DNA from: Macrostomum lignano
Lineage: Eukaryota
Assembly: GCA_002269645.1 (NCBI GenBank)
Contig: NIVC01000307.1
Span: forward strand, 1 to 64,000
DNA length: 64,000 nucleotides
Direction of reading: 5' to 3'
A program made the translations under genes and the position numbers. Every line of letters begins with the position of its first letter. The first letter of the stretch is position 1. Of the stretch, positions 58,575 to 64,000 are shown piece after piece. Under the pieces are notes generated by a model, which was not told the DNA's origin, made no database searches, and was given only the letters and a program-made list of their open reading frames with translations.

Positions 58575-60540
58575 CCCTAGAGTAGCACCCCTGACACCTA
58601 GAGTAGAACCCCCTGACACCTAGAGTAGCACCCCATGACACCTAGAGTAGCACCCCATGACACAGAGTGGCACCCCTGACACCTGGAGTAGCACCCCATG
58701 ACATAGAGTAGCACCTCTGACACCTAAAGTAGCACCCCATGACACCTAGAGTAGCACCCCATGACACAGAGCAGTACCCCTGACACCTAGAGTAGCACCC
58801 CCTGACACCTTAAGTAGCACCCAATGGCACAGAGCAGCACCCCTGACACCTAGAGTAGCACCCCTGACACCTAGAGTAGCACCCCTGACACCTAGAGTAG
58901 CACCCCCTGACACCTAGAGTAGCAGCACCCCATGACACAGAGTAGCACCCCTGACACTTAGAGTAGCACCCCCTGACACCTAGAGTAGCACCCCCTGACA
59001 CCTAGAGTAGCACCCCCTGACACCTAGAGTAGCACCCCCTGACACCTAGAGTAGCACCCCATGACACCTTAAGTAGCACCCAATGGCACAGAGCAGCACC
59101 CCTGACACCTAGAGTAGCACCCCTGACACCTAGAGTAGCACCCCCTGACACCTAGAGTAGCAGCACCCCATGACACAGAGTAGCACCCCTGACACTTAGA
59201 GTAGCACCCCCTGACACCTAGAGTAGCCCCCCCCCCTGACACCTAGAGTAGCACCCCTGACACCTAGAGTAGCACCCCCTGACACCTAGAGTAGCACCCC
59301 ATGACACCTTAAGTAGCACCCAATGGCACAGAGCAGCACCCCTGACACCTAGAGTAGCACCCCTGACACCTAGAGTAGCACCCCTGACACCTAGAGTAGC
59401 ACCCCCTGACACCTAGAGTAGCAGCACCCCATGACACAGAGTAGCACCCCTGACACTTAGAGTAGCACCCCGTGAAACCTAGAGTAGCACCCCCTGACAC
59501 CTAGAGTAGCACCCCCTAACACCTAGAGTAGCACCCCATGACACAGAGTGGCACCCCTGACACCTAGAGTAGCACCCCATGACATAGAGTAGCACCTCTG
59601 ACACCTAAAGTAGCACCCCATGACACCTAAAGTAGCACCCCATGACACAGAGCAGTACCCCTGACACCTAGAGTAGCACCCCCTGACACCTTAAGTAGCA
59701 CCCAATGGCACAGAGCAGCACCCCTGACACCTAGAGTAGCACCCCTGACACCTAGAGTAGCACCCCTGACACCTAGAGTAGCACCCCCTGACACCTAGAG
59801 TAGCAGCACCCCATGACACAGAGTAGCACCCCTGACACTTAGAGTAGCACCCCCTGACACCTAGAGTAGCACCCCCTGACACCTAGAGTAGCACCCCCTG
59901 ACACCTAGAGTAGCACCCCCTGACACCTAGAGTAGCACCCCCTGACACCTAGAGTAGCACCCCATGACATAGAGTAGCACCTCTGACACCTAAAGTAGCA
60001 CCCCATGACACCTAGAGTAGCACCTCTGACACCTAGAGTAGCACCCCATGACACAGAGCAGTACCCCTGACACCTAGAGTAGCACCCCATGACACAGAGT
60101 AGCACCCCATGACACAGAGTAGCACCCCATGACACAGAGTAGCACCCCATGACACAGAGTAGCACCCCATGACACAGAGCAGCACCCCTGACACCTAGAG
60201 TAGCACCTCATGACACATAGAGTAACACCCCATGACACAGAGTAGCACCCCATGACACAGAGTAGCACCCCTGACACCTAGAGTAGCACCCCTGACACCT
60301 AAAGTAGCACCCCTGACACCTAAAGTAGCACCCCTGACACCTAGAGTAGCACCCCTGACATCTAGAGTAGCACCCCTGACATCTAGAGTAGCACCCCTGA
60401 CATCTAGAGTAGCACCCCCTGACATCTAGAGTAGCACCCCTGACATCTAGAGTAGCACCCCTGACATCTAGAGTAGCACCCCCTGACTCCTAGAGTAGCA
60501 CTCCATGACACAGAGTAGCACCCCCTGACACCTAGGGTAG
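58575..60540. repeat. 19-22-bp minisatellite GAGTAGCACCCCTGACACCTA with higher-order blocks
   Basis: Near-identical translated blocks recur at 58810, 59309 and 59691. Confidence 0.96.
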
Positions 60541-61124
60541 CTCTACTGGCACCCGAGTCCATTGTTCGCGCCAATTTGCTACAAAACCCGCTAAAGCCAA
60601 AGAGATGAAACGATAACTCAGCTAAAAGCAATCTAGCTAATTGCTACATTAAAACGTGGCAGCAAACGGTGATTAAAAGTCTTTGACTTTCTTCTTTCAG
60701 TCAGCAGAAAGATTAGATAATGATCAAGCAAAACACATGCCCACAAGCATAGCAGTAGTGAAGTAAAAGCTTCGCTACTAACCCTCTTAGACAAAACAGC
60801 TTTGCGCGGCCTGCTTAGCAACTGTCTGCGCTAGCGGTTCTGAGGTCAGCTAAGCTGGCCTGTATGGGAAAATCTGCTCAAAGAAAAAAGTAGAAACTAA
60901 ACAGCAAAGGGTATTTTTAGGATCATGGAACCTCTTAACTGTTAAAGTAGCGGGGGTAGAAAGTTAAATAAATCGATCTGTTCTTCATGGGCAACTAGGT
61001 GAGAGAGAGAGGTGAACCTGCATTGTGTTCCATTGTCAGGGACTGCATTGAGCCACACATCTGTTCTTGCGACCGCTGTCTTCAGGCCAGAAATGAGACT
61101 CACAATGGAGCAGTAATAGTGTGC

Positions 61125-62400
<1,276 letters not shown>

Positions 62401-63219
62401 TGGGAGGCCAACCTGTCACGCACCTCGTCAAGCAGGGGGATCGCCGCTAGCTCCGAAGTCCTCCCAGCTGCTCAGCTGCTGCTGTTTCCAATCGGCAAAA
62501 ATCGGTCCCAGCAGAAGAAGCAAAAATTCGAGAATCTTCTTCAACACGCGAAATCTTTAACAACGCGCCAGCCGTCTTATCGCCTCAGTAGCAGTGGGGA
62601 TGGGTCTCGGCGCCCCCACGAGACCCCAAGCGCGGGAGACCAGCCAAGGCAACCAGCTGCGAGCACCGCCGCCAAGAGCCCGCTACTCTGCAGGCCTCCG
62701 CTGTTCCATTGGCCGACGGGGGAGCAGGCAGGGCCTCGCCGTTCAAAGAAGAGGGGAAGAAGAGAGAAAGAGGAGGCCAAATCTTTCCCTAGCCAACAGC
62801 TAAGGACGCAGTTCTGCAGCAAGGGCGTAAGGGAAGAAATATCCTTTACCCTGTGCGCCCTGTGCGCAGTTCAAGGGGAGGGGATCCGCGACACCCCCCC
62901 CCCCGCCAGCCCCATACACTCTCTTCCAGCCAAACAGCCTGCGGGTATGGCAACTAAAACTAGTATAGTCTAAGTCACAGTTGGGAATATCGTATAGGCG
63001 TACTCATAGAGGGATAGAAAACTAGGATTCTTCTCTTCCCCTCCTATCGTCATCATCCATATTCTTTCCATAACCAACCGCACACTCCCCCCCAGTGATC
63101 CTACACTCATTAAACACGACCGCCCACGACCGCCCAGTCTCCCCACCCACAGCGTTGGTCAGTTTGATGGGGAAATCCGAAATCCAATCGCGGTTTGGGC
63201 GGCGACAAGAAAATATAAC

Positions 63220-63221
<2 letters not shown>

Positions 63222-63308
<87 letters not shown>

Positions 63309-63439
63309 CTCTCTTGCTGAGAAAGCAAAAACGATTCTGTGGATTTAGAATGAGTTTATGGTCAATAGTGTGTGCTTGGGAAAACTCCCACAGCTGATGA
63401 CCTTTAAGCTATCACGCGAATGTGTAGGTCAGCATGCAT

Positions 63440-63480
<41 letters not shown>

Positions 63481-63760
63481 ACAGAGACACACAGACGCTA
63501 GGACACTACCTAGGACACTAGGAAACTACCAAAACACTAGGGACAATAGGACATTAGGACACAGGACACTAGGACACTAGGAAACGAAGACACTAGGACA
63601 CTATAGGACACTAGGACACGAAGACACTAAGACATTAGGACACGAAGACACTAGGACACTAGGACACGAAGACACTAGGACACTAGGACACTAGGACACG
63701 AAGACACGAAGACACTAGGACACTAGGACACTAGGACACTAGGACACTAGGACACTAGAC
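63222..63760. repeat. (CT)n, (CAGA)n and 8-bp AGGACACT repeats
   Basis: 63222-63312 CT; 63440-63480 CAGA; 63495-63760 AGGACACT/GAAGACAC. Confidence 0.9.
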
Positions 63761-64000
63761 AGATAATGTCTCTATTTGGAGGGCCACAAACCGACACTGA
63801 TTCTGGCATGAAACTCAATTAGCTCACCAAAAGTCTATGCCTCCCCAGATCGCTCATGTCGGGTTTCATTAGGCTTCGTTCGCCATCGGATATTAGACGC
63901 TGCGTCTATACATTTGCATATGCGGATGATGGTTCTCATGTTCTGTCCCTGCGCCACGTAACTTAGCAAAAAATGGCATTCCCGAACGCCAAAGTAACAA

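Overview
Eukaryotic (metazoan) genomic DNA. GC-rich exons carry poly-Q/A/G runs, and the introns and intergenic DNA are dominated by micro- and minisatellites. This style suggests a free-living flatworm such as Macrostomum lignano (inference, not proven). Left 23 kb, six + strand genes: AKAP10/D-AKAP2-like dual-RGS anchor protein (>=6 exons), an intronless secreted 3-domain atypical Kazal inhibitor, a CD20/MS4A-like tetraspan, RIC-3 (frame split by one in-frame TAA), RWDD2-like and TMEM187-like. Then an unassigned low-complexity ORF on the - strand (25.7-27.1 kb). A ~30 kb multi-exon Still life/Tiam1-type Rac GEF (EVH1-PH-CC-Ex-RBD-PDZ-DH-PH) lies on the - strand (28722-58222). Mobile DNA: a frameshifted Tc1/IS630-like relic at the left edge, a tRNA-derived SINE, a MITE-like foldback, a hAT-Charlie end and a small dispersed repeat family. 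Most long ORFs in the supplied track are translated satellites. Best leads: the in-frame stop in RIC-3, an intronic minisatellite made of AG|CTTCAG|GT splice-like units, the 4-Cys Kazal protein, a possible SL trans-spliced gene train and a repeat-built E-box/CLEAR cluster.
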